Virus record (IMG/VR): IMGVR_UViG_3300022821_000091
Location: 1-27,675 of that record
Direction: 5' to 3' (one strand)
Length of the DNA: 27,675 nucleotides
From: a virus
Lineage: Duplodnaviria; Caudoviricetes
Made by a program: the position numbers and the translations under genes. Each line of letters starts with the position of its first letter. Within the stretch, counting starts at the first letter, position 1. Under the pieces are notes generated by a model. The model was not told where the DNA came from. It saw nothing but the letters and a program-made list of their open reading frames with translations, and did no database searches. This document shows positions 6,426-15,918 of the stretch, piece by piece.

Positions 6426-7067
6426 ATGAAGGAATATAAAAAAAAATACGAAGATGTTTATACTTCTTCTAGATTTTTAAATAGATGTAAAATTTGGAAA
6501 GTATCAACTGTTTTAGATTTTGATGAACTTAAATATAGAAAAACATTGAGAATAGTATTAAGACAATATCAATCTAATACATTTAATATGTTATTGAAGA
6601 ATGATTGGTTAGTACATCATTTTTGTTATAATGGTGTTCAACGTATGAAATCTAAGAATAATGGTATTGTATTAGATCGTTCTTACGGAATATACATGAG
6701 ACATTATGTTGGTTATGATAATAAGTCTATTAGTTGTAATCAATTAAGTTCATCTGTAATTAGTTATTTTGAAGATTTTTTTCCAAATTTTTATTCACTC
6801 AATCCTTTAAAAAAACGTTTTAAATACCCATACTCTTATATGAATTTTGAATGTTTATTTCTTGTTTATCAAATGCCAGAGCGATTAGATTTATTGAAAA
6901 TTGGTGAAAAGAAAAGAATGAGATATACAAAATTCGTTGATTATGTTATTAACTATGCTTTATCAAAGACTGATGAACTTAATGATGAGAATTATTTTTC
7001 TATAGCTTATTCCGGTCAAACAAAAGCACCATTTATAAGATATAAATATTATGAAAGAAAAAAATAA
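6426..7067 (+). CDS. Hypothetical protein upstream of terminase
   Basis: 213-aa basic/aromatic ORF overlapping next gene. Confidence 0.7.
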   Translation: MKEYKKKYEDVYTSSRFLNRCKIWKVSTVLDFDELKYRKTLRIVLRQYQSNTFNMLLKNDWLVHHFCYNGVQRMKSKNNGIVLDRSYGIYMRHYVGYDNKSISCNQLSSSVISYFEDFFPNFYSLNPLKKRFKYPYSYMNFECLFLVYQMPERLDLLKIGEKKRMRYTKFVDYVINYALSKTDELNDENYFSIAYSGQTKAPFIRYKYYERKK

Positions 7068-7608
7068 AAAACAATTAAAACCAGTTATCTTTTTAAAAGG
7101 CAAATATAACTATCATGGTCAAAATCTTTTTCAACAAAATTTATTACTAAAAGCATTACAGGTTACTACTGATGTTAATGAACTTAAGAAAATGATTGGA
7201 GTTAAAACTGTTGCTGAGGTTTATAGAACGTTAGATAAGATAGCTATTAGAAAAGAATATCATGAGGCATTACTAAGAAATGAAATAGACCTTGATAGCA
7301 TTGTTAAAGGAATTAAAGATGTATGTACAGATGAAAATGAATCTGGTGCTATCAAACTTAAAGGATGGCAAGTATTACTTAAATCATTAGGCTTAGATAA
7401 TTATAGTGATATAGAAAAAGAAAGTAGAAATTCATGGGAAGATGTTGTTAGAGAAACTGTTAAAGCTATTGATAAATCTAAAGATAAACAAATTATTAAT
7501 GCTGATTATGAAGTTGTTATTCCAAAAGCACCAGAAGCAGAAAGGAGAAAACAAGAAGAAGAGAATGAACTAGGAAAGAGTTTGTATGAAAATGAAAACG
7601 AAAAATAA
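7051..7608 (+). CDS. Probable terminase small subunit
   Basis: Position immediately before terL, size, helical character. Confidence 0.5.
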   Translation: MKEKNKKQLKPVIFLKGKYNYHGQNLFQQNLLLKALQVTTDVNELKKMIGVKTVAEVYRTLDKIAIRKEYHEALLRNEIDLDSIVKGIKDVCTDENESGAIKLKGWQVLLKSLGLDNYSDIEKESRNSWEDVVRETVKAIDKSKDKQIINADYEVVIPKAPEAERRKQEEENELGKSLYENENEK

Positions 7609-7611
7609 AAT

Positions 7612-9048
7612 ATGAATACTCAATTATCAAAACTTAAAGATGTTAAATTCTATCTTGAAAATTATACAAAAATTAAAATTAAAAAAGGTGGAATTGCTCC
7701 GTTCGTTTTAAAAGAAGCTCAAAAAGATTTGTTTAATACTTTGAAATATCACAATAGAGTGATGATTTTGAAAGCTAGACAATTAGGTTTCAGTACTGCT
7801 GTAGTTGGATATTTTTATCATAAGACAATTATGAATCCTGGTGTTACAACTGTTTTAGTAGGATATAACCAAAAAATTGTATCAGAATTATTAGATAAAA
7901 TTAAAACATTACATAAAACAACTCCAGAAGCTTTAAGACCAACATTACAATATAACTCTAGGTCAGAAATTAGTTTTCCTAAAATAGATTCAAAGATTAT
8001 TGTTTTACCTAGTAGTGAAAACGTTGGTCGTGGTTTAATGATTAACTATCTTCTTGTTACCGAGCTTTCATCATGGGATAAAGCAGAAGAAAAAATGGCT
8101 GGACTTGAAGAATGTGTACCTAAAGAAGGAATGATAGTTATTGAGTCAACTCCTCGTGGTGTTGGTAATTTGTATCATAGAATGTGGATGATAGATAGTG
8201 AGTATACTAAGAAAAAATATGGTTGGTGGTGGGAGTATACACAAGCAGAAATGGATATTAAGAAGAAAGGTAAAGGTCCACAAATGTTTGCTCAAGAATA
8301 TGGACTTGAATTCCTTGCATCTGGTAGATCAGTATTTGATGGTGATATAGTAAAAAAACAAAGAAAAAATATACTTGAAGTTGGTGATATTAGAAGAGAA
8401 AAAGGTAAAGAAGATTTTACTGTTTATAAACAAGATAATTGGACAATATATAGAGAACCAGAAAAAGATGGATTATATGTTTGTGGAGCTGATATTTCAG
8501 AAGGTGTTCAAGGAGGAGATTATTCAGTAGCTGCTATTCTTGATAGAAAAACTGGTGAAGAAGTTGCTATGTGGAGAGGATTAGTTTCTCCTGATAGATT
8601 TGGAGAAATACTTAATAAAAAAGGTAGAGAATATAATAATGCCTTAATGGTTCCAGAAGTTAATAATCATGGTTTAACAACAATAACAATTTTAAAACAA
8701 TTGCTTTATCCATCAATGTATTTCAGACAAGCAAAACATGAAGCTTTAAGTCAAACAACTACTGATAAGATGGGATGGAAAACAAGTAAGGTAACAAGAC
8801 CATTATTGATTGATGATTTTATACAAATGGCAAGAGATGGTGAAATAACAATTCATAGTAAAATAACATTAGATGAAATGTCAATATTCGTTTATGATGA
8901 TGCTGGAAATATGGTTCCACAAGCTGGATTCCATGATGATACAATTTTTGCTACTGGAATTTGTTTGCAAGGATTCAAAGTATTATATGATAAAAAATTA
9001 GATCAATTAAATTATCAAGACCATTTACCAAAGAGTTTCGCATATTAA
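7612..9048 (+). CDS. terL: Terminase large subunit
   Basis: Walker A KARQLGFS, Walker B LLVTE, ESTPRG coupling motif, nuclease GADISEG...GDYS, EVNNHG, HDD. Confidence 0.95.
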   Translation: MNTQLSKLKDVKFYLENYTKIKIKKGGIAPFVLKEAQKDLFNTLKYHNRVMILKARQLGFSTAVVGYFYHKTIMNPGVTTVLVGYNQKIVSELLDKIKTLHKTTPEALRPTLQYNSRSEISFPKIDSKIIVLPSSENVGRGLMINYLLVTELSSWDKAEEKMAGLEECVPKEGMIVIESTPRGVGNLYHRMWMIDSEYTKKKYGWWWEYTQAEMDIKKKGKGPQMFAQEYGLEFLASGRSVFDGDIVKKQRKNILEVGDIRREKGKEDFTVYKQDNWTIYREPEKDGLYVCGADISEGVQGGDYSVAAILDRKTGEEVAMWRGLVSPDRFGEILNKKGREYNNALMVPEVNNHGLTTITILKQLLYPSMYFRQAKHEALSQTTTDKMGWKTSKVTRPLLIDDFIQMARDGEITIHSKITLDEMSIFVYDDAGNMVPQAGFHDDTIFATGICLQGFKVLYDKKLDQLNYQDHLPKSFAY

Positions 9049-9065
9049 TTAATATTTAAAAATAT

Positions 9066-11105
9066 ATGAGTACAGAAAAAGATTACAGACCTGAAGATTT
9101 CTCTAAAGGAGAAATTGAAATGATGAGAAAATATCCATTACAACTAGATGATTCTAGAAATTATTTTAAAGCTATTCTTAAACCAAGACTTGATAGGTCT
9201 TATAAAATTTATATTTGTGATACAAGAGATAGAGCTAAAGAAATAAATTCTTGGCAGGCTAATGTTTTTGTTCCATATGCTCATGCTGTAATAGAAACAT
9301 TAAAACCACGTATTTTAGATGCTAGACCAGATTTAGGTGTACAAGGAAGAACTGAAGATGATCAACCAAAATCTAGTAAAGTACAAAATTTATTAGATTA
9401 TGATTGGGAAGTATCTAAAGCTGACTCTATGGCAGAGATGTTTGTTGATGCTGCCTTAATTTATGGCACAGGACACGCACAAGTTTATTGGAAGAAAGAC
9501 GTTAGAACTCATAAGTTTTTCCAAGGAACTAATATAAATACTAAAAAAGCAGAATGGAAAGATAAAACTCAAACATTCTATGATGCTCCATATGTTGAAA
9601 ATGTTGATAACTATGATTTATGGTATGATTGGCATAATATTGCTGCTGAAGATAAACAATATTGGTTTAGAAGAAAAGTTTTAAATAGAGCTACTATTGA
9701 AAGACGTTATCCAATGTTTGATAAAAAAAGATTGGATATGGCTGTCAAAAAGAGTGGTGATTTAACAAATTATGCTTCTATTAGAAATGAAGTTAAATAT
9801 ACACAAGAAAGTATTTCTAAGGGGACTAATAATATAAGTGGTGGAATGTCTAGTGATAATTATGAAAGCGCGGATAATAGTCCTGATTTAAAAATGCATG
9901 AAGTATTCGAATGGTGGAGACCATTTGAAGATAAATATGCTGTTATGGTTAATGATGTTCCAATTCTTAAAGGAGGAGAAATGCCATGTCCATATGATTT
10001 CAAAGAAGCTCCATTCATTTCAGTTCAGTATTTAAAACTACCTAATGAATTTGAAGGTTATGGAGTATCACTTATATTAGAGAATCCTGGTAAAATGTTG
10101 AATATGGTTAAAAACCAAAGACTTGATGCTATGACATTAAATATTCATAAGATGTGGATTGTTAATCCTTTAGCCAATATTAATAAAGAAGAATTAGTAA
10201 CAAGACCATTTGGTATAGTTTATTCAACTGACCCTAATGGTGTTAAGCCGGTAGAATTTAGTGATATTAAAGCTAGTGCTTATAAGGAAGAAGAATTAAT
10301 AAAAGCTGACATGAGATATGGTATTGGTGTTGATGATTCATCTATGGGTGTTGGTGGTAGTTCTGGAAGTGCTACAGAAACTAGACATTTAAGAGAATCA
10401 ACATTAGAAAGAGTTAGATTGTTTGTTAATCATCTTGGAGAAGCATTCTCTACATTAGAAAGATATTGGATTTCAATGCATAGACAATTCTTTACTAAGA
10501 AATTTAACATTAGAATATTTGGAGATAATGGAGCAATAGAATTTCCATTAATTGAAAAAGATGATTTAATGGGAGAGTTTGATTATAAAGCAACTGTATT
10601 ACCATCTATTACTGGACAAAATGAAGTTAAGAAGAAACAAGATATGGATTTATTTCAACTTCTTATTGGGTTACCATTTATTGATCCTCAAAAACTTACT
10701 TCTAAAGTTTTATATGATTGGAATTGGGATATTGATTCATTAACTGTTTCAGAAGAAGCACCAACAGGAATACCATTACCAGGAGAAGAAAATGGAGAAG
10801 TACCAACTGGTGAGAGTGGCTTATCAGAAAAAATAGCTGGTGGACAAATACCAGAAGATGTAGCTAAAAAGGCATTAGCATTATTAGGTGAAGTTCCATC
10901 TAGTCAAAGTCAATTTGCTGAAGCAAAATCACCAATAAATTTATTAGAATCTGGTGTACCACCAACAGTTAAGAATATTCCATTACCTACTACTAATACA
11001 AGAGGAATGAATCGTGGAGGTAAAGTTAATACTAATGTTCCAACAAAAGCACCTAATGGCCCTGCTGCACAAATACAAAATAGAGCAAATAATATACAAC
11101 GTTAA
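9066..11105 (+). CDS. Portal protein (podovirus/P22-SU10-like)
   Basis: 679 aa after terL; DAALIYGTG, FEGYG..LNMVKNQRLD, SATE motifs. Confidence 0.85.
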   Translation: MSTEKDYRPEDFSKGEIEMMRKYPLQLDDSRNYFKAILKPRLDRSYKIYICDTRDRAKEINSWQANVFVPYAHAVIETLKPRILDARPDLGVQGRTEDDQPKSSKVQNLLDYDWEVSKADSMAEMFVDAALIYGTGHAQVYWKKDVRTHKFFQGTNINTKKAEWKDKTQTFYDAPYVENVDNYDLWYDWHNIAAEDKQYWFRRKVLNRATIERRYPMFDKKRLDMAVKKSGDLTNYASIRNEVKYTQESISKGTNNISGGMSSDNYESADNSPDLKMHEVFEWWRPFEDKYAVMVNDVPILKGGEMPCPYDFKEAPFISVQYLKLPNEFEGYGVSLILENPGKMLNMVKNQRLDAMTLNIHKMWIVNPLANINKEELVTRPFGIVYSTDPNGVKPVEFSDIKASAYKEEELIKADMRYGIGVDDSSMGVGGSSGSATETRHLRESTLERVRLFVNHLGEAFSTLERYWISMHRQFFTKKFNIRIFGDNGAIEFPLIEKDDLMGEFDYKATVLPSITGQNEVKKKQDMDLFQLLIGLPFIDPQKLTSKVLYDWNWDIDSLTVSEEAPTGIPLPGEENGEVPTGESGLSEKIAGGQIPEDVAKKALALLGEVPSSQSQFAEAKSPINLLESGVPPTVKNIPLPTTNTRGMNRGGKVNTNVPTKAPNGPAAQIQNRANNIQR

Positions 11106-11123
11106 TTAACTAATAAAAATAAT

Positions 11124-11384
11124 ATGTCAAAAGGTATTATACAAATGATTAAGGACAAATTAAAAAATCGTAAGGCTAATAAACAAGAAAAAAAAGAAAT
11201 TATTAAAAAAGCAACTAAAGAAGGTGAAGAAATTTTCATGAAGAATAGACCAGATATGGCAATGAGTGATAAAAGTTATCCAAAAGTATCTAAAGATACT
11301 CCACGTAAATACAATAAAGAAGCGTTAAGAACACAAAATCAAGTTATTAAAACAAGATTAGAACAATGGAAGAAAAATAAATAA
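11124..11384 (+). CDS. Basic hypothetical protein
   Basis: 86-aa ORF with A-rich leader. Confidence 0.65.
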   Translation: MSKGIIQMIKDKLKNRKANKQEKKEIIKKATKEGEEIFMKNRPDMAMSDKSYPKVSKDTPRKYNKEALRTQNQVIKTRLEQWKKNK

Positions 11385-11398
11385 TAAATAATAAATAT

Positions 11399-11746
11399 AT
11401 GAACAAAAAAACAATTATGAAGGAAAAAAGTAAAATCAAAAAAGAAAAGCCAGTAAAGCCAGTAGAGAATAAAACAAATAATGATACTAATGACATGAGT
11501 ATTAATGAAATTACTACAATGTTAGTTGAATTATCAAGAAGTAAATATTGGCCAGCATTAGTATCAATTACTAATGGTTGGAAGTTAACTATAGAGAGTG
11601 GGTTAAAAACTATAGATCCATTTAAAGAGCCGACTTTAGTTGCTAGAGCTCAAGGACAATTATTAGCATTAAATTTTTTAGAAAGTACAATTAAAGCTGA
11701 AATTGACAGATTAAATAAAATAGAAAATAATAATACACCAGAATAA
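11399..11746 (+). CDS. Hypothetical head-module protein
   Basis: 115 aa; SKYW...ARAQGQ pattern typical of small genes between portal and scaffold. Confidence 0.7.
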   Translation: MNKKTIMKEKSKIKKEKPVKPVENKTNNDTNDMSINEITTMLVELSRSKYWPALVSITNGWKLTIESGLKTIDPFKEPTLVARAQGQLLALNFLESTIKAEIDRLNKIENNNTPE

Positions 11747-11772
11747 TCGTGTTTTATTAGTTAATATATTGT

Positions 11773-11787
11773 TACTTGTGCTATAAT
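11773..11787 (+). promoter_or_regulatory. Extended -10 promoter motif
   Basis: TACTTGTGCTATAAT upstream of scaffold/capsid genes. Confidence 0.7.
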
Positions 11788-11819
11788 ATCAGTATAAATA
11801 AAATATTATAAATAAATTT

Positions 11820-11954
11820 ATGTCATATAATGAACCAATACATGATAATACTGTTAGAACAACTGCTACATCTGAATCTGAAGGAAGAATTAAAGATATG
11901 CTTAAATCTAGGAAAAGAAAGTCTATAAAGAAAAGATTAAATAATTATAAATAA
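11820..11954 (+). CDS. 44-aa ORF resembling capsid N-terminal arm plus basic tail (not in ORF track)
   Basis: Translated by hand: MSYNEPIHDNTVRTTATSESEGRIKDMLKSRKRKSIKKRLNNYK. Confidence 0.7.
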   Translation: MSYNEPIHDNTVRTTATSESEGRIKDMLKSRKRKSIKKRLNNYK

Positions 11955-11981
11955 TTAATATATGAAGTAATAAAAAAATAT

Positions 11982-12161
11982 ATGAATTTAAAAAAAATGA
12001 ATCAAAAGCAAACTAGCAAAATCATGGATGCTTTAGCTAATCATCCTGAAAAAAAACTAAAGAAAGGTGAGGTTAACTTAGAGAAGATAACCAAAATGCT
12101 TACTGATAGAAGGTTTGCTAAGAACAATACTTCAGAAGATGATAAGTCTGATGAAGAATAA
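11982..12161 (+). CDS. 59-aa hypothetical protein (not in ORF track)
   Basis: MNLKKMNQKQTSKIMDALANHPEKKLKKGEVNLEKITKMLTDRRFAKNNTSEDDKSDEE; A-rich leader. Confidence 0.6.
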   Translation: MNLKKMNQKQTSKIMDALANHPEKKLKKGEVNLEKITKMLTDRRFAKNNTSEDDKSDEE

Positions 12162-12197
12162 AAGTCGAGTTTTATTAATTAATTATGAAGAAAAAAT

Positions 12198-13064
12198 ATG
12201 TCTGAAGAAAAAAAAATAGAACCCGGAACTGAGGCATCGGGGATGGATAATTCTAATCTAATTGCAGATCCTAAACCACCAGTAGATGATATTATCGCTG
12301 GAAGTAAAGATAAATCTGGATTTAAAGGGACAGCAACAGATGAAGAAAAAAGTGTTGAAGAATCAGCACTACAAAAAAGTTACAAAGCGTTAGAAGAAAA
12401 ATTAGGTACTCAAGGCGAAGAGCTAGGAGATTATAGAAAATTCTTTAAAGAAATTTCTCCCCTACTTGATAAACTTGATACACAACCTGAGTTAATACAA
12501 GCTATCATTGATGGAAAAGTCGATACTAGCTTAGCAAAGGCTGCCATTAATGGTAAAATTTCTATTCAAGACGCTAAAACTGTTACAGAAGCTCACAAAG
12601 AAATTAAAAAAGAAGTTGGAGAAAAAAAGTATAAGGAATTATCTCCCGAAGAAATTGAACAAAAAATCACTGAAAGAGTTAGTGCTGATGTTAAAAAACT
12701 AGGAGAAGATATTACTAAAGATGTTAAAAGAGCATCTAAGGAAGCGGAAGAAAAAAAAGATTATAGTAATAAAATTGATATTTTTATTAAAGATACAAAA
12801 GATTTCCCCGAATATGCTAACGATATTTATAAGTGGCTAGATGAAAATCCTAATCAGGATGACATTAAAATTGCTTATAGTGTTGTTAAGGGTATTGCCT
12901 TACAAAAAAAGGCTGAGGAATTATCTGATGAATCAAAAGGAGAAGATGCTAAAAAAATGGCGTCTAATGCTTCTGGTGGTGGTTCTCAAGGAACAACCGT
13001 TACTAATGATAAAAGTATTGTTGATGAACTTATAGGAGGAAAATCAAATCCAAACGTATTTTAA
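12198..13064 (+). CDS. Capsid scaffolding protein
   Basis: Charged coiled-coil protein just before MCP; LQKSYKALEEKLGTQGEELG motif; low-complexity C-terminus. Confidence 0.7.
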   Translation: MSEEKKIEPGTEASGMDNSNLIADPKPPVDDIIAGSKDKSGFKGTATDEEKSVEESALQKSYKALEEKLGTQGEELGDYRKFFKEISPLLDKLDTQPELIQAIIDGKVDTSLAKAAINGKISIQDAKTVTEAHKEIKKEVGEKKYKELSPEEIEQKITERVSADVKKLGEDITKDVKRASKEAEEKKDYSNKIDIFIKDTKDFPEYANDIYKWLDENPNQDDIKIAYSVVKGIALQKKAEELSDESKGEDAKKMASNASGGGSQGTTVTNDKSIVDELIGGKSNPNVF

Positions 13065-13120
13065 TATTTTGTGGGAAAACTGGACAGATATCTAATTAAA
13101 ATTAAATAAGAAATACAAAT

Positions 13121-14371
13121 ATGTCTAATTTCCCTTATTACACCGAACCTACACATGACGAAGGAACAGTTGCTGCAGCTCCAAGAACTACAGCAGTTTC
13201 TAACGCAGAAGGTCGGTTAATAGTTAACGCTGTCGATAAAATCTTTCTTTTAGAACCTAACAAGCATCCACTTGTAACATTATTAACTAACGTTGGTAAA
13301 GTTTGGGATGGAAAAGCTTGGTCAGGATCTAGTATGCTTAAACAAGCAACTGGAAATCCTGAATTTAGTTGGTTTGAAGATTTTTATGGTGGACGTTACG
13401 CAAGAGTTAGTGGTACTTATACAACTGCCGCTGACCAAACTCCTACTTTAACAGGAGCTGGTGCTAATTCAGGTTACATTTTCACTGCTGGTGATATTGT
13501 AAAGAATGCTAGAACTGGCGAATGTATGGTAGTTGGTACTGTTGCTGCTACAACTATTCAGTTACATCTACGTGGATTCGGTTCTACGGCTGCTGCTGCT
13601 GGTGTTGATAGTGATGGTATGTACCTTATTGGTAATGTAAATGAAGAAAATGCTGGTGCAAGAAATGTTAATACTACACGTTCTACAAAAGAGAGTAATT
13701 ATACTCAAATTTTTAAGACTACTATTGCTGTTTCTGGTACTGAAAAAGAAGCTGATTTATATGGTGGAAAAGATTTACCATATCTTAGAGCTAAGAAAGG
13801 AACTGAACATGCTCTTGATATCGAAAGAGCTATATGGTGGGGTCAAAAGAAATACTCTACAAGTGGAACTAACAGTCATCCATTAAGAGCTACTGGTGGT
13901 GTATTAGAATTCATCGAAGGTGGAGGATCTTATGTTCAAAATCAAGGTGGTGTTTTAACTGCTCCTGATTTTAACACATTCTTAAGAGAAGGATTTACTT
14001 ATGGAAATGATACAAAAACATTTTTCTGCGGTGGTGTTGTTTTACAAGCCATTAATGAAATTGCTCGAGGTCAAATCCAAATGAAACCATTAGCTAAGTC
14101 TTATGGTATGCAAATCGGAGAATATGTTACAGCTTTTGGTAGAATTAATATTATTCACAATCCTCTATTTATAGAAGATTATGCTGGATATGGATTCTTA
14201 CTAGATATGGAATGTTTCAAATATAGATTCATGAATAATCGTGATACTAAATTAGAAACAAACGTTCAAGCTAATGATGTTGATGGTCAAATCGATCAAT
14301 ATAAAACTGAATGTGGATTACAAAGAATACAAGCTCCTAAATGTGCTTTATTAAAAGGTGTTACTGCCTAG
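13121..14371 (+). CDS. Major capsid protein (SU10/DUF5309-like HK97 fold) with insertion domain
   Basis: FSWFED, NYTQIFKTTIAVSGT, EHALDIERAIWWG, RATGGV; beta-rich insertion at approx. aa 90-170. Confidence 0.9.
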   Translation: MSNFPYYTEPTHDEGTVAAAPRTTAVSNAEGRLIVNAVDKIFLLEPNKHPLVTLLTNVGKVWDGKAWSGSSMLKQATGNPEFSWFEDFYGGRYARVSGTYTTAADQTPTLTGAGANSGYIFTAGDIVKNARTGECMVVGTVAATTIQLHLRGFGSTAAAAGVDSDGMYLIGNVNEENAGARNVNTTRSTKESNYTQIFKTTIAVSGTEKEADLYGGKDLPYLRAKKGTEHALDIERAIWWGQKKYSTSGTNSHPLRATGGVLEFIEGGGSYVQNQGGVLTAPDFNTFLREGFTYGNDTKTFFCGGVVLQAINEIARGQIQMKPLAKSYGMQIGEYVTAFGRINIIHNPLFIEDYAGYGFLLDMECFKYRFMNNRDTKLETNVQANDVDGQIDQYKTECGLQRIQAPKCALLKGVTA

Positions 14372-14381
14372 TAATTAAACG

Positions 14382-14503
14382 TTTAGAAATTCTTTAGTGG
14401 GGAGCAGAGAATTAAAATTTAGCTCCCTTCTAGGGGTTTTATCTCCTAGTCCGAAAAGGTTACGGATAATTAACCGCTTAGTAATTAAAGCTAAGAAACT
14501 AAA
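14382..14503 (+). ncRNA. Structured intergenic RNA with H-type pseudoknot
   Basis: Hairpins GGGAGC/GCTCCC, CTAGGGG/CTCCTAG, CTTAG/CTAAG; crossing pairs TCCG/CGGA and GGTTA/TAACC. Confidence 0.45.
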
Positions 14504-14514
14504 ATAAAAAAAGT

Positions 14515-15243
14515 ATGAACAGATACGAATACCAATTAATGAATAGAAAAGGTGTTGTAGGACAAATAACAAGTGATACTCCAGTTGCCATACGTATTAA
14601 ATACGTTGGTGGTGGATCAGTAACATCTGTTACTAATACCGCTGCTACTGCTCTTGTATTAATTGCTACAGATTCTGCTGGAACTTCTTCAACAGTTACC
14701 TGTACTTACTCAACAGACGACACAGTAGGTGAAGTTGTAGACAGAATTAACGCTAGTGACCTTTGGGAAGCTAAAGTTATGGATTGTTTAAGAAGCCTTG
14801 CTACTGATAGTTCTGAATTAGGAGTAGATACTGGTTCTCTTTCAACAACTGCTGTTGATGGTGTAAACTATTACGAAGTACACGCAGATACTAGTGTTAC
14901 TCTACAATTCGCGTATAGATTAACTTATGATCGTGCCGTTGGTGCTGAAAAGCCTAAAGGTTCTCATAGAGTAATCTTACAAGAAATTCAATATCTATTA
15001 GATGTTGGAACTGCTGCTATGGATAACTTTCAAGTTTATGAAACAAATCCTGTTGGCAATAGTGAAACACAACGTCTTAAGATGTTAAATGTAGATAATT
15101 CAGACACTACTAAGAATTGGGCAAGTGGTCTAGGATACATTACAGCTGATTATGGAAATGATTTAGTTGTTATTATCAAGGATGCTGCAACTCTTACAGA
15201 TTCAACAAGTAACTTTTTAACTGTTACAGGTTTTAGAGAATAG
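14515..15243 (+). CDS. Probable capsid decoration / structural protein
   Basis: Thr/Ser/Ala/Val-rich protein directly after MCP and before a strong hairpin. Confidence 0.6.
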   Translation: MNRYEYQLMNRKGVVGQITSDTPVAIRIKYVGGGSVTSVTNTAATALVLIATDSAGTSSTVTCTYSTDDTVGEVVDRINASDLWEAKVMDCLRSLATDSSELGVDTGSLSTTAVDGVNYYEVHADTSVTLQFAYRLTYDRAVGAEKPKGSHRVILQEIQYLLDVGTAAMDNFQVYETNPVGNSETQRLKMLNVDNSDTTKNWASGLGYITADYGNDLVVIIKDAATLTDSTSNFLTVTGFRE

Positions 15244-15249
15244 CTTATT

Positions 15250-15276
15250 CAGGGGGAAGGAAACTTCCCCCTGTTT
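15250..15276 (+). terminator. Terminator-like hairpin
   Basis: CAGGGGGAAG-GAAA-CTTCCCCCTG then TTT. Confidence 0.7.
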
Positions 15277-15306
15277 GAGAATTAATTAATTTATGAATAA
15301 AAAAAT

Positions 15307-15900
15307 ATGAAGTTTATATCTAAACAAGCAAACTATCGTGTTGTTTTAAAACACGGACAACCAGCCGAACCAATTACTGGTAGAAATTCTGTTTCTGGCG
15401 TTTATGTTAAGTTTGAAAATGGAATCGCTAAAGTAGACGATCCAAAATTATGTGAAATGATGAAAAATCATCAAGCATTTCAAACAGATTTTATTCTTGC
15501 TGAAGATGAAAATATGGTAGATCCATTTTTATCTACAAGAAGTAATGTAGAACCAGAACATACAATTACTGAAATAAAATATGGCGGTGTTGGTAAAAGT
15601 ATTGGTGCTAAGGCAAGTCCGTTTACTAAAGATCAACAAAAAGCAATTAGTGATATGGCACAAAAAATGGCGTTAGAAATGGCACCAAAAATGGCTGTAG
15701 AATTAATGAAGAGTTTATCTGATAATAAAAAAGAAGATAAGCCATCAGTCTCAAAAAAGATTGATAAAGTTGAAAAAGTTAAAGAAACGGAAACAATTAA
15801 ATCAGATGATGATGTTAATGAAAATTTAACAACTAAAGATGATTTAAAAGTTGAAAACAAAAAAACTAAAATAACTGATAGTAAAGAAAATAATAAATAA
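15307..15900 (+). CDS. Hypothetical protein
   Basis: 197 aa; YVKFENG motif, charged C-terminus. Confidence 0.75.
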   Translation: MKFISKQANYRVVLKHGQPAEPITGRNSVSGVYVKFENGIAKVDDPKLCEMMKNHQAFQTDFILAEDENMVDPFLSTRSNVEPEHTITEIKYGGVGKSIGAKASPFTKDQQKAISDMAQKMALEMAPKMAVELMKSLSDNKKEDKPSVSKKIDKVEKVKETETIKSDDDVNENLTTKDDLKVENKKTKITDSKENNK

Positions 15901-15918
15901 TAAATAAATCAAAAAAAT

